Shown here one piece after another: positions 46,854 through 62,859 of a stretch of DNA of 64,000 nt. The DNA is taken from the NCBI RefSeq assembly GCF_009914755.1, contig NC_060927.1, one strand, 5' to 3'. The position numbers and the translations under genes were made by a program. Under the pieces are notes generated by a model. That model saw nothing but the letters and a program-made list of their open reading frames with translations, searched no databases and had not been told where the DNA came from. Position 1 is the stretch's first letter. Each line of letters opens with the position of its first letter. Source of the stretch: the human T2T-CHM13v2.0 reference genome, Homo sapiens.

Positions 46854-49800
46854 TTTTGTTTTTGTTTCCAAGATGGCAGATTGAAGGCATTATTAGCATG
46901 TCTCTCCCACTTGGAAAGACAAAATAGTGTGTAGAGGCTCAATCTGTGAACTTTTTTCCAAGAAGCAGCACAGGATCTTAACAGGATAACTGAAAGAAAC
47001 CACAGACCCTTTGAAAGAAGTGGTGGGCTACAACCTACAGCATGAACCAGATGGAAAACTGTGAGTTCCCAGAGTGTGAGAGGGGAGAGATTGCCTCCAG
47101 GATATACTCCCCTATTGGCGAACCTGGCAACCCAGGCCACTGGGGATGGCCTTAACTCTACCCAGCATTGGAGCAGATTTAGTGAGCAGTGGGGAGTATA
47201 TGAGAAGGAGAGGCACTGGGACATGCCTGGTGTGCACTCTTAGACTCCAGCAGTGTTTGGGGGAAGTCATTCCTGATCCTACCTCATAGGGGATCTCGCA
47301 GAAGTCTGCAGGATAACTCAAGTATTGGTCACAGGTTGAGAGAAGCTCCCAACTGAGATTTGCAATATACTGTTGGGTCAGGATGACCCCCCTTGGCCAG
47401 AACTAAGGGGAGAGGGGGAAGAGTGTAATAGCCATGGGCACAAAAGCTGGGCACCCCTATTTCACAGGCAGGCTGGAAAGGGTGTGGCCTGAAAGCCATA
47501 GTTTCTGTCTTGGTGGGAAGGCTCATTGCCTCGGGCAGTTTTGAGTTCTGAGTGCAGATTGCCTGAATCAAGCTAGCTTTTGCTAGTGGAGCACTGTGGG
47601 TTTGAGACCTGCCTTGCCAAGTGTTTAGGAGCTGAGTGGAGCTTACTGCTGCCTGCCATTCCCCAATCCCTGTGCGGATTTTTCTGTGCTACAAAGGTAG
47701 CTGGGCTCTTACCTGGAATGCTACCCCAGTGCTCAGAGAGCTGCCCTCTAATTGCCACTGGGGCTGCTGCTTGCTCCTGCACATGAGGAGCAAGAGTACA
47801 GCGTTACCTGACCCAGTCCACATCTGGCTTTGCCCCATCACCCTCCCTGGTATCTTAACTCAAAGGACAGAAACTTTTGGGAGCCCCATGGCTCCATGCA
47901 TTGCCTGAGACACCAGAGCCCCTCCCCTGGGTAACATAAAGCAAGCATAAATCCCACTGCTACCACCAAAGCTGGTGCTCCTTTGCAAGCATCACCTCCT
48001 GGATGGAGACCAACTGACACAGTTCATTATAGCATCTGCAGGCAGAATACACAGTGCCCAGGAAGGAGAAACGTTTTGTATGACATCAGCCGTCACCATT
48101 GCCTACATCACCCTGGCTAACCAGAAGGCCTTGAGGATGTCCACATGAACAGTTTATTACTACTGCAACTGGCATTTGAGAAAACGAATACACTAAGGCT
48201 ATTTCTAACTAAGAAAATATCACAGAGTCCGTATCTCTCCCCTGCCATCCCCATCAGAGCTGTTGTTGGTACCTGCTGCTGGGAGACTTGAGGACAGGTC
48301 ATATCACTGGATTCCTTACCAACATTCCCCAGTACCAGCCTGGAGTGTGGCTGCTCTACTGGGTAGCCAGACATAGAGGAGCAGCAGGATTCACATTAGT
48401 CTGTCCCTCAGGGACTCCTACTCCTAGGGGAAGAGGGAGGGCAGTGTGTCACAAGAGCACTCCGTGGGACAAAAGAATTCAGATGGTGGCCTTGAGTCCC
48501 AGAACTTGCTGTTGTGGGAAGTTTTTTTCAGCAGAGGCACAGTTGCAGTGCTGGGCTCAGTGGGGAAAGTCTGCAGCTCTATCTCAACAGTCAGACAGCC
48601 TTGGAGCTCCTGAAGGGCCTTGGAGCTCGAGAAGGGCCTTGGAGAAGGAGACTTTTTCTTCCCCACATTTACTACTGAAGACAGAGTTGGGCCCTCTCCC
48701 ATGGGAGCTCAGCATGGGTGCACCTGTCTACAGCCTTTCTGGAACACTTTAGGGTGGCTGCATCCCCACAGGAGGAGTGCCTTTCAAGTCCAGGCTTGCA
48801 CAAGGGGTACAGTCACAACCCCTCCATACATGGAACGTTAGCATTCCTGCAGATGAAAAGAGGTGCCTTTCCAATGTGAATAGCTGAAACACTGGATCAG
48901 GAGTGTGACTGGGAGGAATATCACTCTCATGACCTGGTAGGGGAGCTGAGGTGGCTTCCTCCCTTACCCCTGAACATACCTTAAAGCATTTCACTGAGAG
49001 CTCTCCCAGTAGACCTCTCCCAGTGGGACCTCTGCCTGCCATTGAATATTGTACTTACCTACCTGCTTTGGCCACAACCAGTTTTTACCTGTAGAAACCT
49101 ACTACTGGCCTAAGCCTGAGCTGTTTAACTCAGTTAATAAAATATTGGGGAAAATAAATAAATAAATGTGCACACCACTGGGGAATGAAATAAGCTTCGT
49201 GCAACTTTGCAATTCTAACCCCACAGGAGAAGTGAGCCTGCTCACACATGAAGCACATTGCCACTACAACTAGCATCTGAGAAAACCATCATACACGCTC
49301 TGTAAAAAAGGAACCCATACGGAGTCTTCACCATCGAAAGCACTCAGAGCTAAATTAGGTTACAATAAACTGTAAGCATTAAAGTTACATCATCAGAGGG
49401 GTGGGGAAGGCATAAAATAAAAGTTGAATAAAAAAATAAATTCAAACATAATTAGAAGAAATAGTCTATGCAAATGAGAAGAAACCAGAAAAATTATTCC
49501 AGCAATATGAAAAGACAGGGTTATGTAATACCCCATAACATCCTACTAGCTCTCCATCAATGGATCCAAACCAAGACAAAATCTTTGAAATACCAGATAA
49601 ATAATTCAAAACATTGATTATTAAATTACTCAAGAAGATACAAGAAAAAGGTGAAAACCAACATAAAGAAATTTACAAAAACAAGTGAGAATATGTATAA
49701 AATTTTTTCTAAAGAAATACCTGTTTTAAAGAAAAAAAAATCAGAATTCTGGAAATCAAAGTCACATTTAGGGAATTACAAAGTGAAGTGGAAAGTTCTA

Positions 49801-52800
49801 ACAATGGACTAGGCCAAGTAGAAAAAAGAATTTCAGAGCTTGAAGACAAGCCTTTTGCATTAACTCAATCAGACAAAATTAAATAAAAAAGAATTTTTAA
49901 AAGAATCAACAAAGTCTCAAAGAAATATGAGATTTTGGAAAATGGCCAAACCTAGGAATCACTGGTATTCCTGAGGGAGAAGGAAAAGCAAAAAAATGCT
50001 TAGAAAACTTATTTGAGGGAATAATTGAGGAAAATTTTCTGGCCTTGCTAGAGATTTAGACATCCAAATACAAGAAGCTCAAATAACTCCTGGGAGATTC
50101 ACTGAAAAAAAGGACATCACCAAGGCATATAGTCATCAGGCTATAAAGTCAATGTGAAGAAAAGAATTGTAAGAGCAGTGAGACGAAAGCCATCAGGTAA
50201 CCTATACAGCAAAACCTATCAGACTTACAGCAGACTTCTCAGCAGAAGCCTTACAATCCAGTAGAGATTGGGGTCCTATCTTTAGCTGCCTTAAACAGCA
50301 CAACTGTCAGCCAAGAATTTTGTATCTAGCAAGACTAAGTTTTATAAATGAAGGAGAAATAAAATTTTGTTTTCAGTCAATCAAATGTTGAGGGAGGTTG
50401 TCACTACCAAACCAGTCCTAAAAATGTGCTAAAAGAAGTTCTAAATCTTGAAACAAAAGGTTGACATGTACCAGAATAGAATCTCTTGAAAGCATGAAAT
50501 TCACAGGACCTATAAAAAATAACAAAATGGAGAAAACAAAGTAACTAAGTAACAATCAACACAGTCACTGGAACAGTACCTCATGTCTCAATATTAATGC
50601 TGAATATAAATGGTCTAAATGCTCCACTTAAAACATACAGATTTTCAAATGAATTAAGAAATCACAAACAAAATATCTGCTCTCTTCAAGAGACTCACAT
50701 GAAACGTAAAGATAAAACACTCAAGGTAAAGTGATGGAAAAAGAATTTCCACACAAATGAAAGCCAAAATCCTGCAGGAGTATTTACAATTATATCAAAT
50801 AAAACAGACTTTAAAGCAACAACAATAAAAAAGACAAAGGCCATTATATGATAATAAAAAGATGAATCCAATAAGTAGATATAACAATCCTAAATATATA
50901 TGCACCTAAATCTGGAGCTCCTGGACTCATGAAACAATTACAAATAGACCTAAGAAGAGAGATAGCAACACAATAATAGTGGGAGAATTCAGCCTTCCAC
51001 TGACAGCACTAGAGATATCATTGAAACAGAAAGTCAAGAAGGAAACACTGCACTTAAACTGCACTCTAGAACAAATGGAACTAACAGATATTTATAGAGC
51101 ATTCTACTCAAGAACTGCAGAATATGCATTCTTCTCATCAGTACATGAAATATAATTAAAGATAGACCATATGACAGGCCACAAAACAAGTCTCAATACT
51201 TTCAAAAAACTGCAATTATATCAAATATCTTCTCAGAACACAGCAGAATAAAATGAGAACTCAATTCCAAAAGGGAACCTCAAAACTATACGAATACATG
51301 GAAATTAAACATTCTGCTCCTGAATGATTTTTGGGTAAACAATAAAATCAAGATAGAAATTTAAAAATTCTTTGAAATGAATGATAACAGTGACAAAAGT
51401 TATAAAAACCTCTGGGATACAGCAAAAGCAGTTCTAAGACAAAAGTTTATAATAGTAAGTACCTACATCAAAAGTCTGAAAGATCACAAATAGACCACTT
51501 AACATCACACATCAAGGAACTAGAAAAACAAGAACACAACACACCCAAAGCTAGCAGAAGAAAAGAAATAACAAAGGTCAGAGTAGAATTTAATGAAATT
51601 GGAACAAAAAATACAAAAGATCAATGAAATAAAAAGTTGGTTCTTTGAAAAGATAAACAAAATCAATAGATCATTAGCTAGATTAACCAAGAAAATAAAA
51701 GATTTAAATAAGCTCAATTAGAAATGAAAATGGAGATGTTACAACTGATGCCACAGATATACCAAAGATTATTTGAGACTACCATGAACACCTCTACACA
51801 CAAACAAGAACACTTAGATCAAATTGATAAATTCCTGGAAACGTACAACTCTCCTAGCTTTAATCAGGAAGAAATAGAAATCAATAACAAGCAGTAAGAT
51901 TGAATCAGTAATAAAAAATTTACCAACAACAAAGAAGCCCAGGGTTAGATAGATTCACAGCTGAATTCTACCTGATAAGAATTGGTAAGACAATGATAGT
52001 CCACTAAAACTATTCCAAAAGAATAAGAAAGAGGGAATCCTCCCTAACTCATTCTATGAAGCCAGTATCACCCAGATACCAAAGACAAGAAAGGACATAA
52101 CAAAGAAAATGGTAGACCAATATCCCTGATGAAAATAGATGCAAAATGCCTCAACAAAATACTTGTAAATGGAATCCAATAGCACATCAAAAAGATAACT
52201 CAACATAATAAAATGGATTTCATCCCAGTAACGGAGGAATGGTTTAACATATGCAAGTCAGTAAATGTGGCTGCAGAATTAAAAACAAAAAACTATATGA
52301 TCATCTCAATAGACACAGAAAAAGCATTTGGTAAATCCAGCATCCCTTTATGATAAAAACCTCAACAACCTAGGCATAGAAGGAACATACCTCAAAATGA
52401 TAAAACCCATATATGAAAAACCCACAGCCTATACTGTGAATGGGGAAAAGTTGAAAGTATTATTCCTACAAACTGAAAAAAGACAAGGACATACACTTTT
52501 ACCACTTCTATTTAACATAGTACTGGAAGTTATAGCTACAGCAATCAGGTAAGAGAAAGAAATAAAGGTCATCCAAATTCGAAAAGAGGAAGTATAACTA
52601 TCTCTGTTTGCCAATGATATGATTTGATACCTAGCAAACTCTAAAGAGGCTTCCAAAAGACTCCTAGATTTGGTAAATGAATTCCATAAAGTATCAGATT
52701 ACAAAATCAGTGCACACAAATCAGTAGCACTGCTGTATACCAACAACCAAGCTGAGAATCAAATCAAGAACTCAATCTCTTTTACAATAGCTGCAAAAGA

Positions 52801-54530
52801 AATAAAATTCCTAGGAATATACTTAACGAAGGAAGTAAAAGATCTTTCTACAAGAACTACAAAACACTGCTGACGAAAATCATAGATGACACAATTGGAA
52901 ATACATCCCATTCTCATGGATTGGAATAATCAATATTGTGAAAATTACTATATTGCCCAAAGCAATCTACAGATTCAGTGCAATTCCTATCAAAATGCCA
53001 ACATCATTTTTCAAAAAATTAGAAAATAACAATCCTAAAATTCATATGGAACCAAAAATGAATCTGATTAGCCAAACCAATCCTACACAAAAAGAGCAAA
53101 TCTGGAGGCATCACATTACCCAACTTCAAATTATACTATAAGCCTACAATAACAAAAACAGCATGGTACTTGTATAAAAGTAGACACATAGACCAATGGA
53201 ATAGACTACAGAACCCAAAAATAAAGCCAAATACTTACAACCAGTTGATTTTTGACAAAGTATACAAAAACTTAAATTGGGAAAAAGACACCCTATTCAA
53301 TAAATGGTGCTGGGAAAATTGGATAGCCACATGTAGAAGAGTGAAACTGGATCCTTTTCTCTCACAATACACAAAAATCAACTCAAGATGAATTAAAGAC
53401 TTAAATCTGAGACCTGGAACCATAACAATTCTCAGAAAAAACTTAGGAAAAACTCTTCTGGACATTGGTCTAGAAAAAGAAATTGTAACTAAGACCTCAA
53501 AAGCAAATGCAACAAAACAAAAAATAATTAAACTAAATTAAAGTAAAAAGCTAATTAAACTAAAAAAGCTTCTGCAGAGGAAAATAAATAATCATCAGAA
53601 GAAATTGACAACTCACAAAGTGGGAGAAAATATTTGCAAACTATACATCCAACAAAGAATTAACATCCAGAATCTACAAGGAACTCAAACAAATCAGTAA
53701 GAAAAAAATCAAATAATCTAATAAAAAGTGGGCAAGATACACAAATACACATTTCTCAAAAGAAGATACACAGATGGCCAACAAGTATATGAAAAAATTG
53801 CTCCCCATTACTTGTCATCAGAAAACTGCAAATTAAAACCACAATGAGATCTACCTTACCCCAGGTATAATGACCATTATTAAAAAGTCTGAGAAACAAT
53901 AGATGTTGGCATGGATGTGGTGAAAAGGGAATGCTTATACACTGCTGATGAGAATGCAAAGTAGTGTAACCTCTGTGGAAAACTGTATGGAGAATTTCTC
54001 AAATAACTAAAAGTAGGTCTACCATTCAATCCAGCAATGCCATTACCGGGTATCTACCCAAGGAAAAAGAAGTCATTATATCAAAAAGACACCTGTACAC
54101 ATATGTTTATCACAGCAAAATTCATAGTTCTAAAGATATGGATCCAAGCTAAGTTCCATGAATAGATGAGTGGATAAAGAATGAAATAATATCCTTTGCA
54201 GGCACTTGGATAGAACTGGAGGTCATCATTCTAAGTGAAGTAACTCAGGAATGAAAAACTATACTGCATGTTCTCACTTATAAGTGGGAGCTAAGTTATG
54301 GGTACACAAAGGCATACAGAGTGGTATAATGGACATTGGAGACTCAGAAAGGTGGAGAGTGAGAGTGGATGAAGGGTAAAAATCCTATATATTGGATACG
54401 ATGTATACTACTCTGATGATGGGTGCACTAAAATTTCAGACTTCATCACTGTGTAATTCATCTATGTAACCCAGAACCACTTGTAACCCAAAAAGCTATT
54501 GAAATTTTTAAAAAATAAATTTAAAAAACA
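46854..54530 (+). mobile_element. Full-length L1PB-type element (about 7.7 kb), ORF1/ORF2 disrupted, inserted in an L2
   Basis: Starts at ccaagatggc (YY1-type motif); long 5'UTR, ORF1-like about 49470-50520, ORF2-like about 50565-54250, L1PB-type 3' end; TSD caaaata(tc/ct)ttgtactgt at 46836-46853 and 54531-54548. Confidence 0.9.
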
Positions 54531-54765
54531 CAAAATACTTTGTACTGTATTTTTTAATTTATCTCTCTCAATCACTCAGTAACTGTAAACTCTGAGAGAT
54601 GATATCTTCTTTGTTTACATTTCTCTCATAAAGCACCTTGTCTCACTATAAATAGGATCTTTAGACATACAGAAGACTAACATTGCAGAGACGAAGCACA
54701 AATTCTCCAAGTCCTCCATCACTGGCAATGATGGTGAAGACACTCTTACATGCTGCAGTTCCTAA

Positions 54766-54769
<4 letters not shown>

Positions 54770-54814
<45 letters not shown>
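54770..54814. repeat. (TG)22 microsatellite
   Basis: Direct reading. Confidence 0.97.
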
Positions 54815-54817
<3 letters not shown>

Positions 54818-55591
54818 CCTCATGCCATGGTCTGTGGCAAATGGTTTGTCTGCTTTGTTAGAGCCCAGGAAAGAGAAAGATTGTGAGATCAAGACAAGGA
54901 AGTCTGGGGCAAAGCTTGTGGAAGGGCATAAGGGAACAAGTAAGAAGTGTAAACATCTTTGTATTACATGTTATGCTTACCAGAGAGCACCTACCAGAGC
55001 AGCAGAGTCAGTAAACAACGAAGTGGATCAAATCACCTGGCTGGTTGGTGTCAGCCAGCATCTTTTGCTGACCCTTCTCAGTGCTGTCTAGTGTCACAAT
55101 GGGTTTATGGGAGGGAAAAAGCTGTGGATGTATGCTTAGAGGGAATGAATGGACCAAAGAGCCTGGGCTCTCACCTACCAAGACTGATCTAACTGCTACA
55201 ACTGTCTAATGCCAACACTGTCTAATCTCCCTCCAGAAAAGGAGACCAAAGCTGAACCCCAAATATAACTTCATGCCTCAAGTAGACTAAGTCATCACTT
55301 GGTAATTTGAAACCAAGTCATCACTTGTTGGAAATTAATTCTATTGTACCCTTCCTATCTTGGAAAAGGCAGAAATTCTTATAGACTGGAAGTGGCACAT
55401 ATTCCAGGCACATGCTTTTCTTTCCTGCCTGTAGAAACCTTGCCAACATTGCTAACCGAGGGCACATCAGTATGCTTGGCCAAGAATCCATCTTTGACAA
55501 ATGAGGTGTAGTAATAAGCATCTGACCAGTGGTCTTATGACACTACATGACCCAAACACTTCTGGCAGATGGAGTAATAGAATGTTGGGGG

Positions 55592-55925
<334 letters not shown>

Positions 55926-56499
55926 AGAATAGTGTTTTGAAGGCACAGTTGATGTACCAACTTATTGATGATACCCTGTGAGGTTGGGATGGCATCCTGA
56001 AGGAAGTGGTGTACAACTAATTGAATGACCATTACATGGTATCATCCCCAGTAGGTAGAATACCTGCGGGCTCCATGTATGAGTGAGGCTTTAGCACAAC
56101 TGCTTTTCATTTTCAGCTTGCATCCACACATGGAGCCAGCATATCCATTAACTAAGCTCAGGCTTTTCCCTTGTTTATTAGATGATGACAAGAGGATCCT
56201 GTACAACCAGTGAGTAGATACCCATGAATTTTGGGTCTGTTGGTGCAGCATTGGTGGATGACATGAGCTTCTGAGCTGTCTGCTTGTGCAGCTTACTTGT
56301 GTTTGTTGTTCCTACTTGTGTCTAATCATAGGTGTAAAATCTCGTTGTTACAATGAATTGCTATTGAATCTACCTGTCCATGTGGTTTGATCAGTCTGAT
56401 GAAACCTAGCTCGCATGGTCGCATGATATCCTATGATTAGTCATTCCATCTTTACCAGGGACCAGAAGCATTATAAAAGCAAGATCTGGAGAAAGTGAA

Positions 56500-58200
56500 G
56501 TATCACAAAGTAAAAAAAAAAAAAAAAATTACAAATCACTAAAACAAAAACATATAAGCCAAGAGTGCAGCAAATGAATGTTTTAAGGTTCTGTATTGTC
56601 CAGGAAGAGTAAAGGCATTACTAATTAGGTGTATACTTTGATATGTCGATCATGTAAATTTTAACACCCACTAAATAAAAAAGGGAATGATGCATTACTT
56701 CCAAGAGAATAAATAGCAAAAGATAATAACATAAAAACTATTCCAAAAGAAATTTAAAAAGGAGAAAGTACACACAACAATAGGACAAAGAGAAAGGATA
56801 AAAGAAGAGATTAAAATGAACTAGTAAAAACATTAAAATGTAAATGGATTAAATTATCCAAGTAAAAACAAATTTGGCATAGTAAATTAGAAAAAGATCT
56901 AATTAGTACTATTTAAAGAGTGTGTATATATATATATGTACACACACACACATATGTACTATTAAAAGAGTACATATATACATTAGTACTATTTAAAGAG
57001 TATAGATATACACATATATATTTATACTCTTTAAATAGTGCTAATTAATATATATAAATAGTACTAATATATACATATATTCTTTAAATAGTGCTAATTA
57101 CTATATATGTATATATATTGTATATATATACATATATAGTATACTATAGTATATATAGTATATACTATATATAGTATATACTATATATAGTATATAGTAT
57201 ATACTATATATAGTATGTATATACTATATATAGTATATACTATATACTATATATAGTATATACTATAGTATAGTATAGTATAGTATATATAGTATACTAC
57301 ACTATAGTATATATAGTATATCTAGTATATATATATGATATATATATACTATATGTGAGATATATATACTATATATGAGATATATATATACTATATATAT
57401 CAGAAATATACAAATATACAAAAAAAATACAAAAAGGTTGAAACTAAAAGAATGGAAAAAGACATACAGTGATAATACCATCCAAAAGACCATGATATTA
57501 ATATCAGACAAAGTCTAAGGAAAAAATATTACTAGAGCAAAAGAAAATCATTTAGGATGATAAAAGTTTAAATTTATCAGGAAGTCATAATTCTTATTTA
57601 TATGCAGCTAATGACATAGCTTTAAAATATGTAAAGCAAAAACTCAACAAGAGTCTAAGGGAAATTTTAAAATCTCACGAGCAAAGTCGGAATTTTGAAC
57701 ATATTTTTTGAGTAACTGGCAGATCAAGCAGACCACAAATCAGTAAGTATAGAACATATTTAAGCAACATTATTACAAATTAGACCTTAAAAATATACAG
57801 AACATAGCATCCTGTAACTACGTAACACATTCTTTTTGCATACATCTAAATATAGCTGTTATAAAAGTTGACCTTAATTTGGGTACCAAGTTGAAACAAT
57901 TGTTCAAGGATAAAACATATAGGGCATGTTATCTAAATACAATATAATTAAGCTAGAAATATATACCATAAGATTTTTCTTTATCATATTCATGTTTGAA
58001 AGTAAATATCTCTTCTTGGAAAGAAAAAATATTTTTATGTAACCGAAGGAAGAAATTAAATGGAAACTAGAAATATTTTGAACTAAGAAAATGAAAATAA
58101 AATAATGCATATCAAAACTTGTTGGATGCAGCTAAAGAAACTTTTGAGTCAAAATATATACATTAGAAATATTTATTAAAAAATACTGAAAATTAATTAA
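56500..58200 (+). mobile_element. Very old L1M ORF2 (EN region) fragments
   Basis: aaatgtaaatggattaaat, gaatggaaaaagacatac, taatatcagacaaagt, catatcaaaacttgttggatgcagctaaag. Confidence 0.7.
56901..57400. repeat. AT-rich palindromic/low-complexity expansion (TATAG/TATAC)n
   Basis: Repeated tagtactatttaaagag units in both orientations, followed by (tatag/tatac) arrays. Confidence 0.92.
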
Positions 58201-58204
58201 CTTT

Positions 58205-58598
58205 TGTATGTAATTAAGGTAATGATTTCTAATTAATATACTAGATAATATCCAAAGGCTAAGTGACTTAATACAATAAATTTTTACTTATTTGACAGTG
58301 CAGTGTGAATATTCTTGATTACGTGTCAATGTATGTGGCATTCAGGTTTCTAGACACCTTTTATTTTACAGCTTGCCCTTCTGTGGGTTTTAAGAGTTTT
58401 CTCTACCTAACAAATAGAAAGTGGGAAGAATTGAAGGTCCCCTTGTCATTATTTGATAGGTAAGACTTGGAAGTTGCATGCTACAATTCTTCCCATATTT
58501 TATTGACAAGTACTGAGTCACATGTCCACATGTAATTACAAAAAAGAAGCTTGGGGATGGCAGTCTAACATGTGGCCAGGAGAATTCTGCCTCTCACA
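58205..58598 (-). mobile_element. Old MLT1 (J/K/L-like) LTR
   Basis: gtgacttaatacaataaat...tattgacaagtactgagtcacatgtccaca...tctcaca. Confidence 0.55.
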
Positions 58599-59136
58599 AC
58601 TCCCATTCAACATTGTGTTGGGACCTAGTATAATGACCTAAAAAACCAACCTAATAAAAATCAATTGCAAAGCTTTATTTACTAGAAACAAGCAATCAGG
58701 CATTAAATATGACATTTATAATATTATAAGATAATATGATGTACCTAGTAATAAAGCTAGCAAAAGACGTGCAAGACTGCTATGGAAAAAACTCTAAAAC
58801 TTTTTGAATGACACAAAGAAAAATCTCAACAAATGAAAAAAATACACCATACCCTTGGATTAGAAGATGTAATTTTATTATGTAAATTGACCTCAAGTTT
58901 TAATGGTGTACAAACATAATCATGTTTGTGTCTGTATGAACTGAAAAGTAGTTTCTGAAATTTATACAGAAGTGAAATGAATACAAATACCTAAGACACT
59001 CAAAGAAAAAAGAAAAAAGTGGAACAACTTGTATCAGATATTAAGATTCATAATAAAGTCACAGTAATTAACACTGTATTATATTAATGCTTAATTAGAC
59101 AAATGACCAATGGAATTGACATTTTAAAAAGTTCCC

Positions 59137-59372
59137 GGCTGGGCACCGTGGCTCACGCCTATAATCCCAGCACTTTGGGAGGCCATCGGGGGCGGATCAC
59201 CTGAGGTCGGGACTTCGAGACCAGCCTGACCAACATGCAGAAACCCCGTCTCTACTAAAAATACAAAATCAGCCGGGCGTGGTGGCACATGCCTGTAATC
59301 CCAGCTACACAAAGGTGAGCCAAGATTCCAGCCTGGGCAACAAGAGTGAAACTCCATTTCAAAAAAAAAAAA
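59137..59372 (+). mobile_element. AluSp-like with right-arm deletions
   Basis: gaggtcggga.ttcgagaccagcctgaccaacatg.agaaacccc; right arm collapsed to cccagctacacaaaggtgagccaagattccagcc. Confidence 0.88.
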
Positions 59373-59491
59373 GTTTCCACAAATTTAGGAAAAGATAGAT
59401 TTTTGTTTGGTTATGATAACAAGTAGTCATCTGAACAAATTTTAAAGCTGTTCAAATAATCAACAACTTGCCTTACAGAACACACTTTTCT

Positions 59492-59829
59492 TTTTCTTTT
59501 CTTTCTTTCTTTTTTTTTTTTTTTAATGTTTCTTTCCTCCTTAATGGAATTCAGGTAACATGTTTGGCCCATTTTTCCATTGGATCGATCCTTCCTTCCT
59601 TCCTTCCTTCCTTCCTTCCTTTGTTCCTTCCTTCCTTTCTTTCTTAACTTTATTTACTCTAAAAGGAAAAACAGGATACATGTGCAGAACGTGCAGGTTA
59701 GTTACATAGGTATACGTTAGCCATGGTGGTTTGCTGAAACTATTGACCTGTCCTGTAAGTTCCCTCCCCTCACCCACCACCCCCAACAGGCTATGGTGTG
59801 TGTTGTTCCCCTCTCTGTGTCCATGAGGA
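59492..59829 (-). mobile_element. 5'-truncated L1PA (PA8-like) 3' end carrying a 3' transduction
   Basis: L1 3'UTR about 59640-59826, (CCTT)n relic tail, ~65-nt extra sequence, second poly(T); TSD aacac(a/g)cttttct at 59479-59491 and 59830-59842. Confidence 0.85.
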
Positions 59830-60203
59830 AACACGCTTTTCTAAGCCAAGCAATCGGTGTCTTCCATTTCTTCTGAAAATAAGCCAATCAGGAATGAACT
59901 CACTCCAGTAAACCCACCTGTGACTGCCAACCTATCAGTACTAGTAGTATTTGAATCAACTATGGATCTCCAAGTTACCTGAATTCATTTACATCTCTGA
60001 AAGTACATCATCAATCCCCTAAACTCCATGCTTCCTAAAGACCCTAAATAAGATCAGCTATCTGTTCTCAGAAATTTCTCTATAAGCAGACTTCTCCCTT
60101 ACTCTAGTAAACAATAAGTACAGCCGTTTATTTTTATTTTATATCGAGTGGTGACCTCATTATCCATTTGAATGAACAGCATGAGGAATTTAGAAACACG
60201 TTC

Positions 60204-60366
60204 AGCCAGGTGCACACCCAGCTCCTAGGGAGGTTGAGGCAGAAGGCAGGGACATGGCTTGAGAGTTCATGGTTGTAGTGTGCTATGATCACACCTGTGA
60301 CTAGCCAATGCATCCCAGCCTGGGCAACATAGGGAGATCCCGATTTAAAAAAAAAAAAAAAAAAAA
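60204..60366 (+). mobile_element. FAM (fossil Alu monomer)-like
   Basis: gtgctatgatcacacctgtgactagcc...cagcctgggcaacatag plus A-tail. Confidence 0.75.
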
Positions 60367-60776
60367 GGACTTCTATTTGAATTATAACAAAGGAGGCACT
60401 GCTGATCAGTGAGGAATCAATGGGGATAAGACAATTAGCTGACCTTTATTGCATAATGTGTACACAATGAATTCCATGTGGATTGAAATTTTTGACATAA
60501 AAGTAAAAGCTTTAAAACTTTTCTAAGATAATATTCTAAAGATAGATAATGTTATATCATGACCTCATTTTAAGAAAAGATTTCTTAAACCGATCGCAAA
60601 ACATTTTTACTGTAAAGAGAAAATTGATGATTGGACTGCATTAAAATTTTGAACTTACATCCTATAAATCACCACAAAGAAAAGAAAGCCACAGATGATG
60701 GAAGAAGATATTTGCATCACGGTGTCTGTAACCAATACCCAGAACAAATAAGGAACTTCTAAAAATAAACTTTAAA

Positions 60777-62842
<2,066 letters not shown>

Positions 62843-62859
62843 TAAAAATAAACTTTAAA

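Noticed and set aside
46835-49042. GC-richer region with several 60-154 aa ORFs resembling a promoter or first exon
   Set aside because: It is the CpG-depleted 5'UTR of the L1PB element; the peptides resemble no protein I recognise.
55190-55330. Small 10-13 bp duplications (actgtctaat; aagtcatcacttg), also attctgtagcag at 31159-31182
   Set aside because: Real, but within the ordinary background of short slippage indels.
59843-60170. Possible old ERV1 LTR around the L1 transduction
   Set aside because: It has LTR-like CCAAT and poly(A)-signal texture, but I cannot assign a family or ends with confidence.
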